Source of the DNA: Schmidtea polychroa
Taxonomy: Eukaryota
Direction: 5' to 3'
Assembly (NCBI GenBank): GCA_044892525.1
Contig: CM097885.1
Coordinates: 28,150,001 to 28,214,000, forward strand
Length of the DNA stretch: 64,000 nt
Position numbers and translations under genes: made by a program. Below the pieces are notes generated by a model. The model saw only the letters and a program-made list of their open reading frames with translations. It made no database searches and was not told the origin of the DNA. Positions 27,312 through 41,232 of this stretch are shown piece after piece; within the stretch, counting starts at the first letter, position 1; every line of letters starts with the position of its first letter.

Positions 27312-28105
27312 TATAATAATTATAATAATAATAATAATTATTATTATTATAATAATAATTCCATAATAATTCCATTTTGATTGGTTAGCTGATATAAAAG
27401 TATTAAATATGCTGAAATGATTAGTGGGAATCTGCTGCATATACATTTCTAATTGAATTATTGCGTGTCACGTCATCGGTATGTGTATGACAAAAGCATA
27501 TTATCAAAAACAGCTTGACATGTAAATTTTTATATGAAATTATAATTATACAATTTATTTTCACATTCTGACCTGTTTGTTTTGCTGACGTTTTTGATGT
27601 CTCTTGGAAATAACATATATAAGAAGTAAGGGTTAAATCATGCCAAAATCAGTAAACAATTTTCAAAATCTGTCTATCCGAATAATTAATTATTAGAATT
27701 ATCTTTGTAAATTTATTGATTAAAACAATTTTCTTTTTAATTAATTATTATTGATAATATTGACAATAATAAAATTGTTATTGAAAAGATTTCAGCAATT
27801 TACACTTTTGAAATTTGAAATTGAAAAAAATTTATAACAATATTATTTAAAAGGAAAATGGATTTTTTTACTAACATTTTTGGAAATCAATTTTCATCCA
27901 GCTGCTTGTTTAATTATTTTTATTGAAAATTCACAGATAAAACTGTCGATAGATTTAAAATTCAACTTGAAAATCAAAGAAAAAACATAAAATAATTTTT
28001 GTGCTAAAAATTTTTTTTGTAGTTTGTTAATATTTTTTGAAATATTATCGATAAATTATTTTTTATTTGATTTTCTTTTCAATTTAATCTCAATAAAACT
28101 GAATG

Positions 28106-28293
<188 letters not shown>

Positions 28294-31200
28294 CTAAAAC
28301 AATTAAATGATAATTTAAGCCTTTTGCTGCGAATAATATATTTAATACAAATGAAAATATTTTCGACTATAAAAATAGCCCTTGTCAATTTCCTAGAATT
28401 GAGCTTCTTCTATTTTCAAAATGCTCTTAGATCTTCCCTTTTATTTCATTTTTCTTACTTTTTTCTTAGTTAAAAATAATAATAAACATTTTTTCTCAAG
28501 AATTTAAAATTTATAATTTTTTTTAATTAAATATCCTTTAAAATTCAAAACGAAACACTAAAAAAATATTTTTAATTTTTAAAGTTTCTATAATTATCTC
28601 ATAGAAACCTATTTTAATAAATAATATATTAAATTATTTATAAAATATAATTTCCAATAACTATTTATATACGCAATTTAAATATTTTTAAAAATGTGTC
28701 TATTTTGATTTTTATTCCTAATGATCTTTTAAAAGTTATTATTAATATGATTAATATTATAATAATAATAATAATAATTATTATTATTATTATTATTAGT
28801 TTTATTATTATTATTATTTTTTTTTTATTGTTTTTAAATAAATATTACTCAAAAATCATTAGAATAACAATTTATTTAATTTATTTAGTTAAATTTTTTT
28901 AATATTTCAAATTGAGAGGTAAACGTTGAATTTTATTTTCACCATAGGTTAAAAAGGTTTCGTTGTTAAATGACTATAAATAATTCTATATACTTATTTC
29001 TTGAAAGTAGGTCAATTTATTATATTTGATAATTAATAAAAATTAAAATTAAATTAATTTGGGAGTGATTAATAAATTAATTGTTTTTCTTTCTGTTAAT
29101 ATTTTGTTTGATTAAATTTCAACAGCAGATCTGACATTGATAGTACTAATATTTACATTTTAATATGTTTTTCAAATTTAAATTATATAACCCCAAACAA
29201 AAACAGATTTAACAAAATAATGTGAAAATTTGTAAGATTTCAAAAAAGCAATTAAATTTGTCATTTATTTTCATTCTGGCAAAAAATCAAAAATATATGT
29301 TGCATAGGATTAATTATTGATATTTATCAAATTAAAAATAAATGAAAAATCATCAAAAGATAAGTTAAGGATGATCAAAAAAATAGCACTAGATTTACGG
29401 ACTGTGCCAATTTGACTCATTTAAAATTTTATTGCTACATATATATAATACTGATTTATCATTTATTGAATACATATGTTGGTTTTTAGATACGTCATTA
29501 AATATAGGTAAATATTAATTATTCTCCTCTACCGACTCCATCAACACCCGTAAATCTAGTGTAAAAGCAATTGTTGCTAATGTTTTAAATCGTTTAATTT
29601 GAATTTCCAGAGTTTTATTACTTATTTTTATTTTATGCTTTTTTCCTTTTAATAATTTTGACGATTAAAATTTATTATAAAAATACAATTTGTTTTTATT
29701 AATTCTATATAACGTTATAATATTTAAAGTGATATAAAATTAGAAAACGAAATGGTGCATACAAAATTTGAAATTCATATTCAAGAAATTAAAACAATAA
29801 AAATATTTCTATTAAAAATTTAAAAAGTACAAAAATATATTTTAATGAATTCAATTAATAAAAGGTTAAATACTTTCATCTTTCAGAATAAAATTCACTA
29901 ATTAAATTATGAAGCTAAATTAATTTTTAATTGGTTTTATAGAATTTATAGAAGTCAATTTCAATAAATTTTAAAAATTATGATGACTTTTTAAAATCAA
30001 TTCGAGAAATCAAAAAGATTAATAATCTTTTAAATTATTTTTCTTTTACCGGTTATTTAAAATTTTTTGTATATTTATTCACATAAGATTAAATATTAAT
30101 AAAGTCACATTTCATATAGCATTTATTAGTTCGATATTATTTTATTAAATTAAATATATTAATATTCTGTAACAGTGTTTCTCAACCCAAAACTCATTGC
30201 GGATAGCCAAATAACGCAGACCGGTGATAATATAATTTTATTTAAAAATAAATTCTTTTTTGTAAAAAGAAACTGCTAACTTCATTGAGCAATAAATATT
30301 TATTATTCATTTATTAGTATTTATTTATTTTCAACCAATCACACACAGACATACACATATGTCCATTTTCCCTTTATCCTGACTTAAATTTTTAAAATTT
30401 TTGCGATGGCTGATAAACAACGTCCTATAATATTTTTTATTTCTCGAAATTTCAGACAATTATTTGCTTGCTGTCTGAAATTAAAGAAAATTGAAATTGA
30501 AAATAGTCGATCAATGGTGGGGAAATATTTTATAATTTTCACTTGATAAAGGTTATGGCGGGAAGTATATAATTTTCATATATTAATTCAAAATAAAGGG
30601 AAAATAAGCGTTTCTCAAAAATTAATATAAATAAGAGAACACCATTTTTTTAAATATATTTTGACAACTCGCCTGTCATCATCAGGCACTAAATAATTTC
30701 AATAAAAACGATTATTAAAAGAACTTTTTTCAAATTTCACCACTGATTTCTTATCTATCAACATTGTATTTATTAAAAAGCTTGACTATGAATCAATAAA
30801 TATATCGATGTTTTTATGATATGTACAAATTTTCGGCCCTGCCTTTTTCAAGTGATTATACTTATAGGTTATTTTTTAATTATATAATTACATTTAAGGA
30901 ATGCAATAAAAATTATTAATCATAATAAAACTAATTGAACACTCAAAATACACATTGCTAATGCACTTTGAATGTTCATTTTTGGATTGAATTATTTTAT
31001 TATCAAAGTCTCACAAGTAATACGTTCTCAATAGTTTTTGAAACCCTTAAATGTCTATTTTTAACTTTCAAACTTTCATTTTCAATATTCATAGTTTTAT
31101 AACCTTATTTATCAGATTATTTTAAGATCTTCCAAAATAAATTTTCTTTCATCAATAGCAACACTTTTCTGTTTCCTTTTTTGCATTACATGTAAACTGA

Positions 31201-33144
31201 TAAACGAGATCGGAACACAATTCAACCGGAGTTTTTGACTTATTAATTATTATTATTTCCTTTTTTACAACAATAGAAAATCACTATTGCAAACTTGATG
31301 TGACAATTATAAAAAAAATGAAACCGATTTGCAACAATATTCTTATGTGTCGGTGAGTTTGGGAGTACGCGCAATATGACATATTACACTCGGTTCCACT
31401 GGACAACATTTTCTATAATAAAAACAAATCAATAAACACACCAACGTGCCTTTTTATTGAAAATACTTTTACGTTGGATAAAAACTTTACTATAGGATTT
31501 CAACTTTGTCAGTGAAATAAAAATAAGGACGAAGAGACCGAAATAGATCAATTAACTGCCAATTTAATTGGTGAAAATCGAAATTTTAGTGAATAATTTT
31601 ATAAAAATTGAATCGAATCTGGAAGGTGCTCATCAACTCCGAGATATGAAGAATTGTGTAGCTGGGAACTTAGAAAGCCAAACGTTGATGACAACCGTTT
31701 GATAATAGAATTTTAAATAAAAGAAATTTAATGGTTTTGTTTGTTTGCATCGAAACTGTCATATTTGGTTAGATTAATTTATTACAATTGAAAATAAATT
31801 AATTGAAAATAAATTTTTTAAATCCATTCTTGTTTCAGTATAATGAGACGTAATAGTAAACCATTTTGCATTCTAATGAATGTTTTTAATTATTTTTTTT
31901 TTCAAATTCTGTAATGTTTATTGTCACATTGTTCGACAAAAGAATAAAAATATTCACTAAATATTTTTATAAATATTTATAATATAATTTATTTGCAATT
32001 TTCGATTTCTTCACTGTCCTAAAAATTTGCGTCTCCCTCGTTTAATAACAAATTAGAAATTGATGAATTGAAATCTTCTATTCTTATGATTACTGCCTTT
32101 TGGATCCGTTTTTCATCCTCATTTATCAATATAAAATTATTTTTAAAATTCTTTATTTTTTCGTTCATGTATGATTTGTTTTCATATGCATTGACTACTT
32201 CATCTAATTGCATTACGAATATAAATCTATTCAGTGCTTCTTTTCTGGAAAAGGGGTGCCAGAACGTATCTGTACTATCCTTTTTATGCAAATAAATGAC
32301 GCTGAAAATAGATAACAAATAAAATAATTATGCAGGACAGAAAATATACAATTATTACCGACGACTTGAAACGATTTTAATGACGTAGTATATTAATGGC
32401 GTATATTTACCGTGAGCGTGTTTTATATAATAGTAATAACACATAATATGCACGGAGTTATGATTCACTCGCTTTGGCTTACGACTACTACTTTTAATTT
32501 GATACATCAAGAAAAAAAGCACTGAATCTATCTTTTCTCTTATATAACACAAATTGATTTATAGTTTTAATGAAAATAAATGAAATGTTAAAATTAGTAA
32601 ACGATTAGAAAAGGATTCACATCACCAAATGTTTCTTTTGCTAACTTATTTAATTTATACACATATTCTCATTTACTTTGGCTTATTTCCTTTACTGGAT
32701 TTTCTACAGAATAAGGGTCTATTAATATTTTTGACTCATACTCTGAATCTTTACATGATTTTGTGCATCAATCATCAAATAAATAAAAAACAAATTCCTA
32801 ACAATACCTACTAAATCACAATTTTTAATATCCCAAGGGATATAGCAATAGTTCGGTTGACGAGGCAATATATTATGAGTTATATTCCTGTATTTCTTTT
32901 AGAAGCTTGTCTAATTTTCTCCGATCAACTGGAAACCGAAAAATGTTGTTATGGTTTATACATAATATTGGTGCCCTGCAGTTTCTAATAATTTATAGCC
33001 CAGAATAATTTCTCATTGTAATTTGTCTTTAATTGTCTTTAATTAATAACTTCATATATATATTTCTTTATTTTTTAAACGTTGTCACACTTTGTACACA
33101 TTTATTGTTAACAATAATAAATGCTGCTACCACGAAATCATCAC

Positions 33145-33209
<65 letters not shown>

Positions 33210-33895
33210 TATAATAATAATAATTATAATAATAATAAAAGTAAAAACTGATGATAGCAGCTTTCTTTGTAACAGTTTTAGTTAAATGTTAAAGAAGTAA
33301 ATGATAATTAATAAATAACTTCACCATTTTTATATTATATATTTTAAACGTTGCCAACACTTTGTACGCATTTATTATTAACAAATCACTAGCAACAACT
33401 ATTTTTACTATTTTTATTGTTCTTGTTTTGCTCTCTCCATATACCAGATTTTGTGCATTGAGAACTTTCTACAGTAAATGTCGAACAGGTCCTATTCTTT
33501 GTAACAGCTTTAATTAAATGTTAAACAAGTAAATGATAATTCAAGTCTTTTGCTGCTAAGTATATATTCAATAAGATGAAATAATTTTCGGTTAGAAAAT
33601 TAATCCTTATCGAATTGATTCTCTTTAATAAATTTAGTAAATCTTTTATTAATTATATATTATTTATATTAGCGGGATTCGGTTTACGTTCTATTGAACC
33701 CAAACAAGAAAAGGATAAAAAAATATTCTCATCTTAACTCGACAAACGATTCCATGTCATATTGATAGAAATGATATAATTAATTAATAATATATTTAAT
33801 AAATTTTATCCAATACAAAATTAAACAAATTAGAATAAATCAAGATAATTAATTATTTAGAAAATATTTAATATAAATTTAAATTAAAATAAAAT

Positions 33896-34765
33896 ATGAT
33901 TATTACAAACAATTACAAATGCATCAAAACTTTATTTTCATCAAAGAAAAGTGAAGTGTATATCGCTGCAAATAATTCTCCTCGCAATAAAAGCCATAAA
34001 ACTGTAGTTATTAAAAGTTTCTACAAATCGGAAGTTTATTTATTCATTAGAAATTCAAATTATGTATTTCCAATTCCAATTGAAATGCATTTTAACCAAT
34101 TAATCAATGATGATAAAATTTGTCCTAAATTTCTTGATTATTTTCAAAATGATAATGAATTTGCTATTGTAATGGAATATTTGACGGGCGAATGGATTGA
34201 ATTGCATGATTACATTTCAATAAAAAGAGAGGAATATGAAATAATGAAAGTCGTACGAAATGTAATTATTAGCATAGAAAAATTGATAAGCAAAGGAGTT
34301 TATCATTTAGATATTAAACCAGAAAATATCATGCTTAATAGATTGACATATGAAGTAAAGATTCTTGATTATGAAGATGCTCTTTATGATGTTGAAAATA
34401 AATATCCTAAAAGTAATATGTTAGTTGGAACGTCCGGGTTTTTTGGTCCAGAGGTATTTGGTGAAAAATTATATGATGTGACGAAAAGTATTGTATTCAC
34501 GATAGGCGCTCTTATTTACAAATGCTTAGAAAGAAAACAACCGTTTCAATTAAAAGATTCTCATTACATTCAGAACATACAATTTACAAGATGCTCGCAA
34601 ACAGTGGAGGAATTAATTTTAAAATGTCTTTCTTTGGAACCAAAGAAAAGAATAAATTTAGATAAAATACGCGCAGAAGCTTGGTTTCAAGAAAGTAGTA
34701 GTTCACTAATTAATTATTTAATTTTATTGTTTTTGATTTTAATTAATCTAATATTAGTTTTATAA
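33896..34765 (+). CDS. Divergent Pim-like Ser/Thr kinase, intronless, 289 aa
   Basis: VVIK, IPIEM, VMEY, HLDIKPENI, ILDYE, GTSGFFGPE, LILKCL..EP.KR, AWF; hydrophobic C-terminal tail. Confidence 0.88.
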   Translation: MIITNNYKCIKTLFSSKKSEVYIAANNSPRNKSHKTVVIKSFYKSEVYLFIRNSNYVFPIPIEMHFNQLINDDKICPKFLDYFQNDNEFAIVMEYLTGEWIELHDYISIKREEYEIMKVVRNVIISIEKLISKGVYHLDIKPENIMLNRLTYEVKILDYEDALYDVENKYPKSNMLVGTSGFFGPEVFGEKLYDVTKSIVFTIGALIYKCLERKQPFQLKDSHYIQNIQFTRCSQTVEELILKCLSLEPKKRINLDKIRAEAWFQESSSSLINYLILLFLILINLILVL

Positions 34766-34834
34766 ATTTATAATAATAATAATAAATAATAATAATAATC
34801 ATAATAAATATATTAATAATAAAAAATAATAATA

Positions 34835-34898
<64 letters not shown>

Positions 34899-35524
34899 CA
34901 ATAATAATAATATGAATCCCAATAGTAAACTAGTTTTAAGCTTTTAGCTCTCATTAGCTCTCATTACAGGAGACTTTACTGGAAATCACATGACTTGTTT
35001 ATTAGCTTGATCACGTGGCGTATGAAAAATTATAATCACCTCTGCATATCAATAATATTAACAATATTGAAATCATTATATAAATTTCATTATATAAATT
35101 TTATTATATATAAATTTTATTATCATTATATAAATTTACAAAATATTGAAATCATTATTTAATAATAATATAAAATTTTATTAAGACAAGATAAAATTAA
35201 GTAGTAATTAAGAAACGCACATTTTATCAGATTCTGCTAAGTTAAATTTCCATTTTGTAATATTAAAAAAATATATACTTTTCAATAAAATAAGACTTTT
35301 AAATAAAAATTCATGGCATGCACTGCGGCCATATTTAAAAATGAACAATTTTGATGACTTTATTTTATAATTTGAGAAATATGTTTTTGATATTCACGAA
35401 TTTTTAGCACTACCTTTTTCAATTAATAATAAATAAAATAATAAATATAACAATAATAATAATATGAATAATATAATACTTCGCACCAGGTAATTTGTGG
35501 CGTATGAAAAATGATAATCACCTC

Positions 35525-35684
<160 letters not shown>

Positions 35685-35806
35685 TAATAATAATAATAAT
35701 AATAATAAATATAATAATAATATATAATAATAAATATAATAAAAATCATTATAATAATATTTATAATAATAATAATAAATATTATAATTATAATTATAAT
35801 TATAAT

Positions 35807-35862
<56 letters not shown>

Positions 35863-36732
35863 CAACAATATAGAAATCATTATTGAATAATAATATTATT
35901 AATGTGAAATTTTAATAAAACAAGAATCACATTCGGCTAAGTAGATATATTATTAAATTGTCGTAAAATTTTCATTTTGTAATATTAAAAAAATATATTT
36001 TGTCAATGAATATTATTACTACTTTATAAAATATAACCAAAATATCTGTAATATTAAATTAATATTAATATCAAGAAATTCACGACATAAACAGTGACAA
36101 ATAAGAAAATGTTAAGAAAAAAACATTTAAAAAAATGTAAAAATTTCACTAATTAAGTATTTTATTTTATTATTTTTGATTTAAATAATCAACTTTTTTT
36201 TTATATTTATTGATTTTCATAGTCAAGCTTTTTAATAAATACAATGTCAATTGAAAAGAAATCAGAGGTGAAAATTAAAAAAGCACTTATAAAAAAATCA
36301 TAATAACAATAATTAAAAAGAAGATAGAAAAAAATTGTGTGTATATAGAAAAATAAATTCAAAAAAAATGGTAAAAAATTAACGGACGTGTAGGAATCCG
36401 AATAATTTGTGAAATGTTCGAAATGTTTAGGTAGTCAGATTTTAAGCGGAGAGTTCTTTAAACGGAATATCACTTTTGTGTATTGGTAATAATTTTCTTA
36501 CAAAATTTTTTAACAAATTTTTTTTCAATAATTTTCAACTGAAAATTAAATATTTTAGAAATAATTAATGATTTATTTGTATTTTTAAATATTTTATTAG
36601 AAAATTCACAATTACTTTCATGTCGCACTTAGACTAGTTGAATTAATTATGATATAAACAAGATAGAAAATGTAAATAATAATGATAATGAATTGCATTA
36701 TTTATCATGGAACATATATTTTAAAATTTGGA

Positions 36733-36763
<31 letters not shown>

Positions 36764-37911
36764 ATGTCAGTTTGTAAGGCTCTTTTGAATATATCTTTTC
36801 ACAAATTACAATATATAAAGTGATAAGTTTATTTTTTAGTAGTCTAAGTGCTGGACCTCCGTTGATTTTTATGATTTTATCCTTTTAGGTGTAGTGATGA
36901 TGAAAAATAATTATGTATTTTTTATGCATTTTTATGCATTATTTTACACCTAAGATAAAAAGTAAAAATCAATAATACATTATCTGCCAATATATATTTA
37001 AATTTTCACTTTTCTTATTATTCAGGACAAATTTTAAATTTCAGTCAAAATTAAATTAATCAAAATTCATAAATTCACTAATCAAACTTAAAATATTAAT
37101 ATTATCATAGAATTATTTTGTTGATTTTAAATATTCCTATATAACACAAATTTTCCGTACCGCCTTTATCAAGTGTTCAAAAATAATGATTTTACGGTTA
37201 TTCTAGAATTGACCAATGAAAGTAATGATGATAGTAAAATTAATCTTGATTTCCAATTAATTATTTAAGTGACAATTATAAAATTATAGTCATTATTTTT
37301 TAAGTTATGAAATATTTCAAAGTAATATTTATTTATAAACTTTTCAATAATAGTGAGAAGCATTTGTTATTTATCTGGAATAAAATATGTTTGAATTAAA
37401 TTCATATTTTAATAACAAATAATTAATAAAATTGATAAAACAAGTAGGGATTTGGCAGTAATTAATTAAAAAACATTAATTACAATCGATATAAATTAAT
37501 AATTTATTAAGTAAACACACAAAGTTCGCACCAGAGCAAGCATTAGCATTTAAGGCTTGCAAATTACAATGGAAATTGTAGCAGGTGCTTTCCAGTAGGG
37601 TCCAGCTGCATTTATTAGACATCGTACCTACGGATTCCTCAGTAAGTTTCATTAATTACTATTGTATATACAGGCATTTCAATTATTTTCCCATCAAAAT
37701 TTTAAAAATACATATATAAAATAATTACTAATTGAAAAAGTATAATAAATGTATATAAAATTATATTGATATCGACAATGAAATAGACAAAATTCATAGA
37801 ATTACATATTAATTGACTTGCAAAGTTGATATTTGATATTTTTTATTTTATCAAAAAGTTAACATTTCTCATAAACAGTGAAATTCTGAAGTAATATGTA
37901 ATTTCTCTTAA

Positions 37912-38100
37912 CCCTTTGTGGTCCGTAAAAAAAGTTACTTGAACTAAATTGGGTATTTTTTAATAAAAGGTATTTTGTGGAATTAAAATTTTATTTTATG
38001 ACAATTATACAATATAAATAATCATTCAAATTATTTTATGAATTTATATGAGTAATTATTGGAATATGTTGAGTTAGACTCTACATAGGACCTCAAAGGG
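37912..38100. mobile_element. piggyBac-type MITE
   Basis: TTAA|CCCTTTGTGGTCC ... GGACCTCAAAGGG|TTAA. Confidence 0.8.
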
Positions 38101-38147
38101 TTAAGATTATTCATAAATTCTTGATAATAATAATAATAATTATTATA

Positions 38148-38231
<84 letters not shown>

Positions 38232-38805
38232 GTATTAGTATTATTATATTTTAAATAATTAATTTTAATGAGATGAACTATCTTGTGTATTTTTGAACTG
38301 AAACCTTTCATTCTTCTTTAGTAGCATTCCAAAACTATTATTCAAAGGTTTTCAAAAATTCCATTTATTTAAAATTATTTTGTTTCGAATCTTATAACTA
38401 AATAAAGTAAAATTACATTGAAAACATTCGCTATCAAATTTTTTTGCAATATGGAAAATGAAAATATTTTAATATAACCTCCAAATTGTCATAATTACAT
38501 GTAATTATTACCAACCAAATAAATAACTCACAGCCCCATTTAATAATATATTTTATGCTATATATTTAATAATTAATGAGCAATTAGAAGTATTTTAAAT
38601 TATTATAAAATCTCTTGGTTAATTATTTGGAATATATTTTATTTTTTCATTTCTTTTAATATTTTAATTTCTGCTTTTCTTTTACTTTTTTCAATTACTT
38701 TAAAATGATTTCACTTCTTTATATTTAATATTTTAAATCGCATTTAAATTAAATTATTTTTTATTGATAACATGAAAATATATCATTAATTTTATATTTT
38801 CCCTC

Positions 38806-38886
<81 letters not shown>

Positions 38887-41232
38887 AATAATAATAGTAT
38901 TATTTTTTTACTATTGACTGCCAATTTATTTTAAAAAACCATCTATATTTTAATAATATTAATACTTTAGTTATATATACTAAATTAAAATAAAATCCGC
39001 TAGTAATTCATAAAAAATTAAAATGAAAATTTTAGAAAATTTGAAAATGAAAAGATTAAAATTATTTTATTATTTTAACAATTTATTTTCATTTACTCCA
39101 AGATTCAATGTTATCATTTGTAAAAATATTATTATTTTTTCTCGTTTAAAATAAAATTTCTATCTCATGAAATTTATCTTAACATTTCCCAAATTTTATT
39201 ACTGTCATTAAGAAAACCATTAAATTTGTAAGATTAATAATAATATTAATAAATGAAGAAAAAATAATTTTATTATAATGAATGACTTTTGAAATTTAAA
39301 CAATATTTGATAATAATATCTAAAATTTAGATAAAAATACCTTTTTCAGTATATTGCCTTTCTCCTGCTACAACGGCCAGTAGACAAATTACGGCTAGAT
39401 AAAGTATGTGATCTAGAACATGAATAAATCATATTTATTAAAACAAAAAAATATATATAATATTATGTGAATTTTAGATGAATAATAAATTTTATAAAAG
39501 GACAAAAATAATATTTTTTTATAGAAAATGTTTGAATTTCACTCACTCATTTTTGCTTTAATTTACTGTAAATTTTGAAATATAAAATTACCCGTTTTAT
39601 AAATATCTTATATTTAAATATTAACAACCAATTAAAATTCATTATATCTAAAAACTAATTTAATTGGGAGAATAAGCATTTGTTTTATCATGATTAATTA
39701 TTCAATTTATATTTATTTGTTGCTTTAAGAAATTCTGTGGATTATATTCAATTATGACAATTTTTAAATAGACATAAACAATAAATAATGATAAAAACTG
39801 TTATTTTGTTTAAATACGATAATTTATTATGGGCTTCGATGTAATTAAATTATTATCAACTATTAAAAGCTGAAAATATTTATAAAATATTAATGAAGTA
39901 TTTTAATTTTTTATTTCATTGTTTTCTTCATGCCCATTGGGAATATAAATTTAATTATTATAAATTTCAACAAAATATAAATTTCAACAGTTAAATTTTT
40001 TTAATTTCAAAAAAAATTTTGGATTAAATTTTAATTGTTTTATCAAGGTATTTGTTTAAATTATTTCACCATATTATTGAATCAAAAATATTATTGTCTG
40101 ACAAATTATTTACAATTTTGATAAAATCTCGACTGGAATTAATCACAAAAGTTCAATTTTAAAAAGGAAAGTTCCAATTATTCCAAAATTTATTTTCCTA
40201 AAAAAATGCCACCTGAAAAAATATCATTTAAAATTTAATAAATAAAACAAAAAATCTGACAAATTGCACATTTGTCTGTGATTCTAACCACCAATAATTT
40301 ATTTGAAATTAATTTATTCTAAAAATAACAATAAATCTTGACAATGTTGACATTTGTTTATTTTGAATGGCGATTTTATATTTTTTATTTATGTAAATAA
40401 TTAAAACGAATATCTTTATTTTCAGTAAAATGTTTTTATTCTCTTCAACTTTGCTATTTTTTCATATTTCTTTATTATTTTCATTTTATGTTATAGATTT
40501 TTTTGTTTTATTTTTATTAGGAATTTTCTGCACTTTCTTTTTCAACTTACTTGAAAGCTGTTAAATAATTCAAAGTCGTAAATTCTCAAATCTTTTTTAT
40601 GACATAACTGTTCAAGTATTTATCTTTTTAGGATCGAAGACTATTATGTAATACTGAACATGAAATATGAAACATGTTACAGACACACAATAACATACAG
40701 ACACCCATCAAACCAATCAAAATAATTATTATTTAAGTAATTTGATTAGGTAGATGATCGTAGAACGTGCATTATTTAACATTTACTAACTGTTTTCATG
40801 TATTTTCTTTGTTATTTCCATGGTGCCTCTGTATTGATTGTCATCTTTATTTCGTAAATCTATTTTAACTAATACTTTATCTCCAATGTTGAAAGTTCTA
40901 TGAATTCTTTTATGATTGTCGTAACGGTTGGTTTTATTAAGCTCTTAAATTTGATATTTTCGATATAGTATGGTAATTTTTCATTTTTTGTTGTCATGTC
41001 TCGTTATACAAAACAATGATTGTTTATGATTTTGACAAATACAATTTCTAAATTTTGTACAATTTATCATTAATGCAACATTGTATCTCTAATCTCGTAT
41101 TGTTTCCATCTGGCCATTTGTCTGGTGATGATATGAGCTCGAGAAATTTAAATTAATATTATCTTCAGTTGACAGTAGTTAAAATCTATTGATTCAAAAC
41201 ATTTCCCTCTATCTACATAGATTACTATTGAT

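Noticed and set aside
30173..30430. CAGTGTTTCTCAACC Buster-like end
   Set aside because: No partner TIR or TSD was found, so the extent is undefined.
32019..32318. 99-aa ORF
   Set aside because: It may be an exon or a transposon relic, but it has no recognisable motif.
36625..36850. 12-bp inverted repeat GCACTTAGACTA
   Set aside because: Short, with no convincing TSD.
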